Source of the DNA: a virus
Taxonomy: Duplodnaviria > Caudoviricetes
Direction: 5' to 3' (one strand)
Length of the DNA: 64,000 nucleotides
Virus record (IMG/VR): IMGVR_UViG_3300010167_000010
Coordinates: 128,001 to 192,000 of that record
Position numbers and translations under genes: made by a program. This document shows positions 29,929 through 38,345 of this stretch, piece by piece. Within the stretch, counting starts at the first letter, position 1, and the number at the start of each line of letters is the position of its first letter. The notes beneath the pieces were generated by a model. The model was not told the DNA's origin and ran no database searches. It saw nothing but the letters and a program-made list of their open reading frames with translations.

Positions 29929-30831
29929 ATGTATAAGATAACTAAAAGAGAAATAACTTTACAAGATTTTTTATCTCTTAAAAAATATACTCCCTTTAAA
30001 GGAATGAGATTTAATGGGAAAACTGTAGGATTAGCAACTCTTTTTGCTTGTCAGGGTCCGACTCTAGGTCGTCAAATGAAAGCAGCTGGGTTTTCTGAAG
30101 ATGATTGTGATATGGCAATGGATAGTTTTAATTTAACTACTGCATATAATACTGCAAAAAATAATCCATCAAATAAATTATCAGACGTAGACTTAAAATA
30201 TGTAATTATTGGAAATAAATTAAGAGAATTATTTTTCAAAACTTATCCCTCATTACTAGAGCGTGTAGAAAGAGAACAAAAGTTCGCAATTAAACATGGT
30301 TATGTTAGAACTTGGACAGGACCTGTAAGACATCTTCCAGAATTAAGATACTTATCTAAAAATGCACAAAATAATTTAATAGGTTTAGATAGAAAATTAT
30401 ATTCTAAAATGTATTCTGGATTAAAAAATGAAGCTAGCAACACTACAATTCAAACAGCAGAAGTTTATCATGCTGCACCAGATGTAACTTGTGTATATGA
30501 ACATCTTAAAAAATGGAATTTTAATACTCGTATTTTTAATTATGTACATGATGATATAGAATTTTATATTTATAAACCAGAGAAAGCTGTAGTATATGCT
30601 TTATTAAATGAGATTGCAAAAATATGTAGAAAACCATATTATGGAATACCAATGGAAATAGAAGTAGATGAAGCTGATCCAGATAAAAAAGAAATATTTA
30701 AGGCTGGTAGAGAATTAAATATTGGAAAATATAATTTGAAAAAAGAATTAAAAAAATGGAATGAAGAAAATGGAACTGAATTAGAATTTATAAATACAAT
30801 TCCCGGAGGCTTTTACTCTGATGAAAAATAA
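29929..30831 (+). CDS. Family A DNA polymerase, C-terminal part (motifs B and C)
   Basis: RFNGKTVGLATLF (motif B), FFKTYP, GYVRTWTG..R, NTTIQ, YVHDD (motif C); own class M promoter. Confidence 0.9.
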   Translation: MYKITKREITLQDFLSLKKYTPFKGMRFNGKTVGLATLFACQGPTLGRQMKAAGFSEDDCDMAMDSFNLTTAYNTAKNNPSNKLSDVDLKYVIIGNKLRELFFKTYPSLLERVEREQKFAIKHGYVRTWTGPVRHLPELRYLSKNAQNNLIGLDRKLYSKMYSGLKNEASNTTIQTAEVYHAAPDVTCVYEHLKKWNFNTRIFNYVHDDIEFYIYKPEKAVVYALLNEIAKICRKPYYGIPMEIEVDEADPDKKEIFKAGRELNIGKYNLKKELKKWNEENGTELEFINTIPGGFYSDEK

Positions 30832-30969
30832 AAGTTTATGTGATTCTTGTAAAAATGAATGTGAAAATAAAAATAAACTTAATATAATATCGTTTCAAGA
30901 AAATGAAGAAGTACAAGAAGAACAAACTGTATTTGTAATAGAATGTAATAATTATAAGAGGGTAAAAAA

Positions 30970-32230
30970 GTGACAAAAACTGCTTGGGAAGAAATGATTT
31001 ATGAATCAAAATTAAAATATGAAAATATTCTTCATAGATTAAATACTGAAGATTTAGATTTACCAGAAAGAACTAATTTAGTAAAAGAAATATACGATAT
31101 GGGTTTTGACCACGGTCAAAAATATGTATATTTTGCTAGAAGTGGTTTTGGTCAAACCCAAGAAGAATGGGAAGAACAACGAAAAAATCAAACAATGGTT
31201 TTAACTGGTGGAGACGGAATTTCTAAGACTTATAAATATAATGAAAAAGGTGAATTGGAGGAAATAATTGATAATTCAATCAACAAAACGGAATAAAAAA
31301 ACAGTAACTTCTTCTTTTTTTGAAGATATTAAATTATTAAGAAAATCGAGACACGATACCGATTATCGTGATCTCAAAATGAATAGTAATTTTAATGTTA
31401 TGGGATTACGTCAAGCTTATTTAGTTCAAGAAATTATATTATGGCGAAAAGGTTGTATAGAATTATCTGATTACGTTAGTAAATTACCAAATAATCAAAT
31501 TGAGGGATTACATACAATTTATATGGGTGAAAATTGGGTAGAGGATAAAGAAGATGTCATTGAAACAGCGACTACAAAAGAAATCGCAGACCCAGATAAT
31601 AACGACACCACTTAATTATCGTAAGTCTATTTTAGGAAAATTTGTCGATTTTAAATCTATTTGTGATTATTTTAAAGAATATAAAACAAATATAATACTT
31701 AAATTAGATGATTTTTTAAATAAGTCATCTAAATCAGATCGAGGTGAATTTGCTAGAATAATGAATCACGTTATTAAATATGAAGAATCTAAAGCGCCGG
31801 AAAATGAATTTCAACATAAAATATTTGAATTAGAAAATGAAATTAAAAGGTTGGGTAAAATTATAAATAGATTAGAAACAGATAGAAAACTAGAAAAAAG
31901 AAGATTAGAATTATTAGAAAAAAATATATTATTTGATTAAATATGAAAACTATAGAACAATTACAATTTGAAGTTAAAAATGCCCATAGAAAAATATTCT
32001 TAGCATTTGAAACATTATTTTCTCATGAAGGGTTTGAACGATTTGATTTAGTTTATCAAATGGATGAACTTATGGATGGTCATAAAGATAGTGATAATTT
32101 TCGTCTTACTATGGGAAAAATTTTAGATAATGAAAAATATTTTAATGAAATACTTGATTTACGGGAAGAAAATAGAGAATTGAAAAAAAGACTTATTGAA
32201 CTTCAAAAGATGAGTGATTTATTAGACTAA
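30970..32230 (+). CDS. Four small hypothetical ORFs (30970, 31268, 31554, 31943)
   Basis: Packed co-oriented ORFs; two end in LFD or LLD. Confidence 0.55.
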
Positions 32231-32790
32231 TAACCTATAATACGCCTACGCCTTGCCATATCTGCAATAGTATTTATAATTTCATCTGGAAAAGTATCTG
32301 TTGGAATTGTACATTTACATTTATTCATAATAATTTTCATAAAACCAAACGTGCCTAATAATTCTTGAACTTGAATTGGTATTATAATTGGAAACTTTTG
32401 TTTTTCATCTAACATAATACGAAATAATAAATCACCAACATTTATATTAAACTCAAATGGAACTTGTAAAGTATAAAATTTTTCTTGAGCATCATCTTCA
32501 AATGCAGATATTAAACTTGTTAATGACCAAGCATGGGTTTCGGCGTCAACATTAACTTTTCTATATGGTACATCTTCTAATGGAGGAAATACAGCTGAAA
32601 CTACATCACACATTTCTACTATCCAAGATACATCATCCCCTTCATAAGTTTTTCTAGTTCGCATTCGTACAACATCAGTCGCGTGACTAATCCAAAAAAG
32701 TGTATTATCAATACACTTACGTCGTAAATTATCTCCAATCATTGCATGACGAGCTTGAACTGTACTAATACGTGATCTACTTTGATTCAT
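32227..32790 (-). CDS. Putative virion (head completion/neck-like) protein
   Basis: Late promoter abutting the ATG; beta-rich 'FNINVGDLLFR' segment. Confidence 0.35.
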   Translation of the reverse strand: MNQSRSRISTVQARHAMIGDNLRRKCIDNTLFWISHATDVVRMRTRKTYEGDDVSWIVEMCDVVSAVFPPLEDVPYRKVNVDAETHAWSLTSLISAFEDDAQEKFYTLQVPFEFNINVGDLLFRIMLDEKQKFPIIIPIQVQELLGTFGFMKIIMNKCKCTIPTDTFPDEIINTIADMARRRRIIGY

Positions 32791-32817
32791 AATAATTAGT
32801 TTTAAAAACTAAATAAT

Positions 32818-33261
32818 ATGAACTTAGAACAGCTTAAACATAGAGAGATTGGATTATTAAATACTCATAAAACTAGATTTGAAGAATATGGTAAGGCATA
32901 TCAAAAAATTAGAGAAATGTGCGAAGTATATGCTGGTCCAAGAGTTTCAGAAGAAATGCTTATATCTGATATGGCTTATAAGTATGTCGAAGAAGAAAAA
33001 CGATTATTTGATTTAACTAAAAATGAAAAATATAAATTACATATTAAAGCTGCATCTGAACTCTTTAGAAAAGAATGTGTATCATTTAAAGACATATTAA
33101 AAGTTTTAGAAAAATATAATAGAATTATAAATTACGAAGAGGCAAGAAATATTTTAAGAAATGAATCTTTTTATGCAAAAATAAATCCTGATACTTTAAT
33201 AGATGTTTTACATTTTATAGAAAAAAGAGAGAAAAATGAAATACCAGATAACAACACCTAA
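32818..33261 (+). CDS. Hypothetical late protein
   Basis: Late promoter abutting the ATG. Confidence 0.6.
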   Translation: MNLEQLKHREIGLLNTHKTRFEEYGKAYQKIREMCEVYAGPRVSEEMLISDMAYKYVEEEKRLFDLTKNEKYKLHIKAASELFRKECVSFKDILKVLEKYNRIINYEEARNILRNESFYAKINPDTLIDVLHFIEKREKNEIPDNNT

Positions 33262-33679
33262 TGATATAGAATTAAAATATTCACCAAGTTCTTTTACTCT
33301 AGTTTGGGAATATATTGGTCCTAATAGAACTCATGGTGACTGTTATTATAATGAAAATGAATATCTTTGGTATGAATGTTCTACTGAATTATGTGATTTG
33401 ATATATTCACATGGTAAAGTTGTAGCAATTTTATGTTTATCTGAAAATAAACACATGCCTAATTCATTTCACTTATCAGTACTTGAGGTTTTTAAAGAGT
33501 TTAGAAGTCAAGGAATTGGCTCTTTAATCTTAAAAGATATGGATGATATTGCTAAATCTTTAAAATATGAAATTATCACACTTTTCCCTAGAACTGAAGA
33601 ACTTAAGAAATTCTATGCAAATTTCAATTATCACGAGACAAATATCAACGGTTGCCCAATAATGCAGAAGTTCTTATAG
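33236..33679 (+). CDS. GNAT acetyltransferase
   Basis: LEVFKEFRSQGIGSLIL...KFYANFNY. Confidence 0.85.
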   Translation: MKYQITTPNDIELKYSPSSFTLVWEYIGPNRTHGDCYYNENEYLWYECSTELCDLIYSHGKVVAILCLSENKHMPNSFHLSVLEVFKEFRSQGIGSLILKDMDDIAKSLKYEIITLFPRTEELKKFYANFNYHETNINGCPIMQKFL

Positions 33680-33681
33680 TT

Positions 33682-33712
33682 TTGAACACCTAATCTAACT
33701 TTCTTATATAAT
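33682..33712 (+). promoter_or_regulatory. Early sigma70-like promoter (class E)
   Basis: TTGAAC-17 nt-TATATAAT, then TGTAAGGGA. Confidence 0.75.
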
Positions 33713-33767
33713 ATATGTAAGGGAAACAAAAACCCAAAAATAAAACACTTTTTATAGGAGAAAGAAA

Positions 33768-34181
33768 ATGACTAAGGAACTTAGAACAAGAGTAGAAAAG
33801 GCATTTGGAGCCCTGGAAGCGGCTGTAATCAAGAATCCCAGGATTGCTGGTGAGGCCATTGCTCTTATCCGTGACCTTCAGAAGGATTTTCGTGGGAATG
33901 CCCAGGAAGCTTATAGGGCCGGCGTTGCCATGAGAAAAGCGGATCGCGATGAAAAGCGTGCGACCAAGGCTAACGCAGTTGCTGAGGCGAAGAGGATGAA
34001 GGATGAAGCAAAAGCAAAGTTTGCTGCTGCACTCGCAATTCGTGTGAATGGTAAGGTTGCTGCTCGTCGGCCCAAGAAAGATCCGATTGATGCCGCTCTT
34101 GGTCAGGTAGATCCAACCAATGATCTCGAATCTTTGGTAGATCTTCCGGCTCTTGAAACCACAGAACCTGAAATCTTTTAA
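33768..34181 (+). CDS. Monocistronic early protein, Ala/Lys/Arg-rich with an acidic tail
   Basis: SD AGGAG, own promoter and terminator, visibly GC-richer codons. Confidence 0.75.
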   Translation: MTKELRTRVEKAFGALEAAVIKNPRIAGEAIALIRDLQKDFRGNAQEAYRAGVAMRKADRDEKRATKANAVAEAKRMKDEAKAKFAAALAIRVNGKVAARRPKKDPIDAALGQVDPTNDLESLVDLPALETTEPEIF

Positions 34182-34202
34182 TTAAAAATCTAGACAAAAA
34201 TT

Positions 34203-34227
34203 AAGCCCGCGCAATGCGGGCTTTTTT
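34203..34227. terminator. Intrinsic terminator, probably bidirectional
   Basis: AAGCCCGC-GCAAT-GCGGGCTT-TTTT between convergent genes. Confidence 0.85.
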
Positions 34228-34915
34228 ATTGTTCTTTTTTAATTCTTGTTTTTGGAGATAACCATTTTCCTCTAGGTTTTTTAATATATTCAGTCCAAGT
34301 TTCTCTATTGACTGATTCAATATCAACAATTTGTTTTTTAAGAATTTGTATCTTAGAATTTAATTCATTATCAATAGTAAATAATCCAATCGCTGGACCT
34401 GCTGCATTATTATCAACTTCATAATTAAAATAACCATCATAATCTAAATTTAATAATTCAAAAATTGCACTTCTAAATGGAATATTCCAATCTGGATAAT
34501 TAATTTTAAAATTATCTAAAGCATCAATCCAATCACGATCAGATAAATCATTTACAACATATCTAGCAATATAAGGAGCTTCTTTTTGAAGATAATCTTC
34601 TGGCATTTCATCTGTATTTAATTGCATTAATTTAACTGTAAGTCTTTTTTCTAAAAATCTGGCGTCCTTATCAGATCTAGCATTAAAAATATTGAGTGAT
34701 TTTTTTAATTTGATAAAATATATTGCTGTTTTGTTTACTAAACCACTTCTAGTATAATTTAAAGCATAATCAAATGACGGTGTAAGATAAAAAATATTCT
34801 TATCTTTTACTTTATTTTTTAAGTTTAAATTTATATCTTTAGATCCATGATAATATATTCTATTAGTATTATTATATTTTTGTTCTTTTAGAATTTCTTC
34901 GAATGTTCTAAGCAT
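34226..34915 (-). CDS. ADP-ribosyltransferase-like (ART-PolyVal-type) putative head protein
   Basis: YYHGS...IFYLTP...ALNY...LNIFN...YDGY; start moved to MLRTFEEILKE at 34915. Confidence 0.6.
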   Translation of the reverse strand: MLRTFEEILKEQKYNNTNRIYYHGSKDINLNLKNKVKDKNIFYLTPSFDYALNYTRSGLVNKTAIYFIKLKKSLNIFNARSDKDARFLEKRLTVKLMQLNTDEMPEDYLQKEAPYIARYVVNDLSDRDWIDALDNFKINYPDWNIPFRSAIFELLNLDYDGYFNYEVDNNAAGPAIGLFTIDNELNSKIQILKKQIVDIESVNRETWTEYIKKPRGKWLSPKTRIKKEQ

Positions 34916-36188
34916 CCCATTCCTCTTTATATTCTGGATCTTCTTCATCCACTTTATCAATTATTCCATATTTTTTTATTAAACCACTTTCTAATTCTTC
35001 TATAGAATTATATTCTTCCCCTTGAAAAATAAATGGTGTTTGTTCTTTTTCTAATAAAAGAATGTCCATCAATTCATATAACATATGTTGTTTTAATTTT
35101 CCAGTTTCTTCATCAAAATAATTTATTAAAGAATATTGTTTTTGCTTATCTTGGGTTTTAATGCTTAAAAGATCATCAGTAACGTTTTTTAAATCTTTAA
35201 ATTCTTTTTTATTAAAAGCACCTTTTCTAGTAAAATTATCTGGAAAAGATCTAATCCTAGATTTAATTTCATCCCATTCTTGTGAAGTCCAACAACCCTT
35301 TTTTCCTAAATAAGAATCTAGCCTTAAAAGTTTTCTAGTATCTAATTCTTTATATATTTCATCATTTTTATTATCGTATGGAACGATTTTAATTAAAGAC
35401 GGATCAAATAACATTATATTACCAATATCATTTTCTTTAGAAACATACCCATCATATTCTAATCGTTTAATTATTTTAGTAACTTCCGGATTTTCCATAT
35501 AATTCCAATCATGACTAGAAAACATTAAGTCTAATTCTTTTTGAAGATTATTCATTACTGCTTTATATTGTCGTTTAGCATAATTTTCATAAAATTCTTC
35601 TGGGTTTTTTCTAACTTCTATTAAAAATTTTTCTCTATCTTTTCTATTTGAAGGGTTAAATATATTAGGTTGTTTAATAATTAAACATTTATAAACATAA
35701 AATTCATATTGATCAAATTTTGTACTTAAGTATGAATCTAAATAATGATGAATCATCGTTAAGTGTGGTGTTAAAAATACACCACCAAAAGTATCATCAC
35801 CTTTTCTAAAACTATTTCTTTTTTCAAACTGAGTAAATTTATTAGGTGATATATGATAATAAAATCTACGACTATTATAAGCCATTTCGTTTAAACGATA
35901 TATATCATCAAATGTTTTTTCTTTAAATGAACTTTTAGCATTTTCAAATCCTCTTTTATTCCCAGCTCTGAAAGCATTTGCTACCATTTTTCCAATTTCT
36001 TCATTTTTAAGATAACCATAACTATCTACAAAATTTGTAGTTTTTTGATATAAAATTGATCCATAATCATCTGGGTTTGGGCTTGTTTCCCATTCTCTTC
36101 CACCTTCTCTGGGATCCCAATTTTTTGGGAAATATTTATCTATGTCTTCTTCTGACATTGCTTCTAATATTTTTTCAAAAGATTTCAT
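34908..36188 (-). CDS. ADP-ribosyltransferase-like (ART-PolyVal-type) putative head protein
   Basis: YYHIS...F..F...GVFLTP...Y...NIFNP...YDGY...LFDPSLIK; MKSFEKILEA leader. Confidence 0.6.
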   Translation of the reverse strand: MKSFEKILEAMSEEDIDKYFPKNWDPREGGREWETSPNPDDYGSILYQKTTNFVDSYGYLKNEEIGKMVANAFRAGNKRGFENAKSSFKEKTFDDIYRLNEMAYNSRRFYYHISPNKFTQFEKRNSFRKGDDTFGGVFLTPHLTMIHHYLDSYLSTKFDQYEFYVYKCLIIKQPNIFNPSNRKDREKFLIEVRKNPEEFYENYAKRQYKAVMNNLQKELDLMFSSHDWNYMENPEVTKIIKRLEYDGYVSKENDIGNIMLFDPSLIKIVPYDNKNDEIYKELDTRKLLRLDSYLGKKGCWTSQEWDEIKSRIRSFPDNFTRKGAFNKKEFKDLKNVTDDLLSIKTQDKQKQYSLINYFDEETGKLKQHMLYELMDILLLEKEQTPFIFQGEEYNSIEELESGLIKKYGIIDKVDEEDPEYKEEWDA

Positions 36189-38302
36189 TTATTTTTTCCT
36201 AAATAAAATTTTAATTTTTTAATAATTTTATTTATATCTAATGGTTTTCCAATATGATCATTCATACCAGCATCAATACAATCTTGAATATCACTACTTA
36301 AAACACTAGCTGTCATAGCTATAATTGGAATAGTTTTAGCATTATCTAAATTTAAATTTCTAATAGCCTTTGTTGCTTCTATTCCGTTCATTTCGGGCAT
36401 TTGAACATCCATAAAAATTATATTATATTTGTCGGGATTTTTAGTAAACATTTTTATTGCTTCTTTTCCATTAATTGCTACATCGATTTTTATATTTGTT
36501 GGTTCTAATAATGTAGTAATTATTTCCCTGTTTATCTCTATATCTTCTACCAGTAAAATAGTCATATCTTTTAAATCTACGTTTTCTTCATTATCATTTT
36601 TCATTGGAATTTTTTTAGTTGTTCCTTCTTTCATTTTAACTATAAAGATAAATGATGAACCCTTTTTATATTCAGATTCTACCCAAACTATACCATTCAT
36701 CATTTCAATAATATGTTTTGAAATAGATAAACCTAATCCAGTTCCGCCAAACTTTTTATAAGTATCTCTATCAGCTTGTTGAAATGATTTGAAAAGTTTA
36801 TCTTGTTGTTCTTGAGTTAAACCAATTCCAGTATCTATAATAGAAGTTTTAATAACACAGAAGTTACTTTCTCTAGAAAGTAATTTAGATACAATACTTA
36901 TTTTTCCATTTTCTGGAGTAAATTTAACAGCATTACTTAATAAGTTTATAATAACCTGTGCTAAACGTTGTTCATCTCCTACTAAAACTTGAGGAATATT
37001 TTTATCTATATCTAATTCTAATATTTGACTTCTTTCATTTATCTTTACACTATACAAATCTACAATATTTTGTATCATGTCTCTATAAACGAATTCTATA
37101 GAATTTAATTCTAATTTATTTGCTTCTATTTTTGATAAGTCTAAAATATCATTTATAATTCCCAATAAGTGTTCTGAAGCTTCATGTATTTTATTAAAAC
37201 AATATTCTTTCTTAGTTATATCTTCAGCACTTTTTCCAATTGAAGACATTCCAATAATAATATTTATTGGTGTACGTATTTCATGAGACATATTAGCTAA
37301 GAAAATACTTTTATATTCATTTTTTAAGTTAGCTTTAACTCTTTCTTTTTCAATTTTTATTAAAATTATAATTATAAATAACGAAAAGAATAAACTACAT
37401 ACTGATAAAACTATAACAAGATTATAAGAAGCTCTATAAAAATTCATTGTTGGAACTATTGTAGTTAAAAACCAATCATTTTCCATTCTCTTTATAAATA
37501 TAATACTCTTTTCATCTCTATAATTTATAAAATTATGATTATAAATTTCATCATATCTAATTGAAGCAAAACTAATTGCTGATAAAGATTCAATTTCTAT
37601 AAAAGATAAACCTATAAATTCTTTATTATGATGAATTAAAGTTCTAGAATCTCTGTAAACTAAAGTACTATAACCTACAGAATTAACTACAATAGAATTT
37701 AAAATTTCTTCTAAATCTGTTAAATCAACTCGTATTGCAACAACGCCTAACCAATCACCAAACTTATCATATATACTTCTAGAATAAATTACAACAAGAT
37801 TATGGGTTAAGATATCTGGGAAAGATAATGTTTCTATAATTTCATTATTATTTTTAGCATTTATAAACCAATCTCTAGTTGATGGCTCTATAGTATGTGG
37901 AATATTATCTATCCCAGCAAGATGATGGAATTTACCATCAATTAAAACATACCCAAAAAAACCATCTGGTTTAATATATTCTTTTCCATAAAATAAAAAT
38001 TGAGTATTTAAATATACCATATAATTTTCAATAGTTCTTATTACATCTTCTTCTTCATTTTCAAAAAAGTGATTATTTATTATATTTTCTATCGAAATTG
38101 CAAAACCGTCTAATACATATCTAGGACTTTTAAGTGTATATTCTACTTTTGCAACAGCAGTATTTAAAATTCCTTCGGCATTTGCTACTAAAAAATAGTT
38201 TATAGTTCTATTTATAAAATTAAAACTAATAAAAGCCATTAAAAAGAATGAAACTGCCACAATAAAAATCTGCAGAGTCAGAGTTTTAAAATTTTTCAAC
38301 AT
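36185..38302 (-). CDS. Hybrid sensor histidine kinase (TM-Cache-TM-HisKA-HATPase-REC)
   Basis: FLANMSHEIRTP, NLLSNAVKFT, DTGIG, GGTGLGL, LLVED, FMDVQMP, KP. Confidence 0.95.
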   Translation of the reverse strand: MLKNFKTLTLQIFIVAVSFFLMAFISFNFINRTINYFLVANAEGILNTAVAKVEYTLKSPRYVLDGFAISIENIINNHFFENEEEDVIRTIENYMVYLNTQFLFYGKEYIKPDGFFGYVLIDGKFHHLAGIDNIPHTIEPSTRDWFINAKNNNEIIETLSFPDILTHNLVVIYSRSIYDKFGDWLGVVAIRVDLTDLEEILNSIVVNSVGYSTLVYRDSRTLIHHNKEFIGLSFIEIESLSAISFASIRYDEIYNHNFINYRDEKSIIFIKRMENDWFLTTIVPTMNFYRASYNLVIVLSVCSLFFSLFIIIILIKIEKERVKANLKNEYKSIFLANMSHEIRTPINIIIGMSSIGKSAEDITKKEYCFNKIHEASEHLLGIINDILDLSKIEANKLELNSIEFVYRDMIQNIVDLYSVKINERSQILELDIDKNIPQVLVGDEQRLAQVIINLLSNAVKFTPENGKISIVSKLLSRESNFCVIKTSIIDTGIGLTQEQQDKLFKSFQQADRDTYKKFGGTGLGLSISKHIIEMMNGIVWVESEYKKGSSFIFIVKMKEGTTKKIPMKNDNEENVDLKDMTILLVEDIEINREIITTLLEPTNIKIDVAINGKEAIKMFTKNPDKYNIIFMDVQMPEMNGIEATKAIRNLNLDNAKTIPIIAMTASVLSSDIQDCIDAGMNDHIGKPLDINKIIKKLKFYLGKNK

Positions 38303-38345
38303 TTAATATCCTTTAATAGATAGTTTGAAAATTAGAAATATTCAT

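Noticed and set aside
28909-29990. Functional trans-splicing intein or group I intron in the polymerase
   Set aside because: No TxxH block and no terminal His-Asn plus nucleophile; no non-coding space for an intron core; the C-part has its own promoter and ATG.
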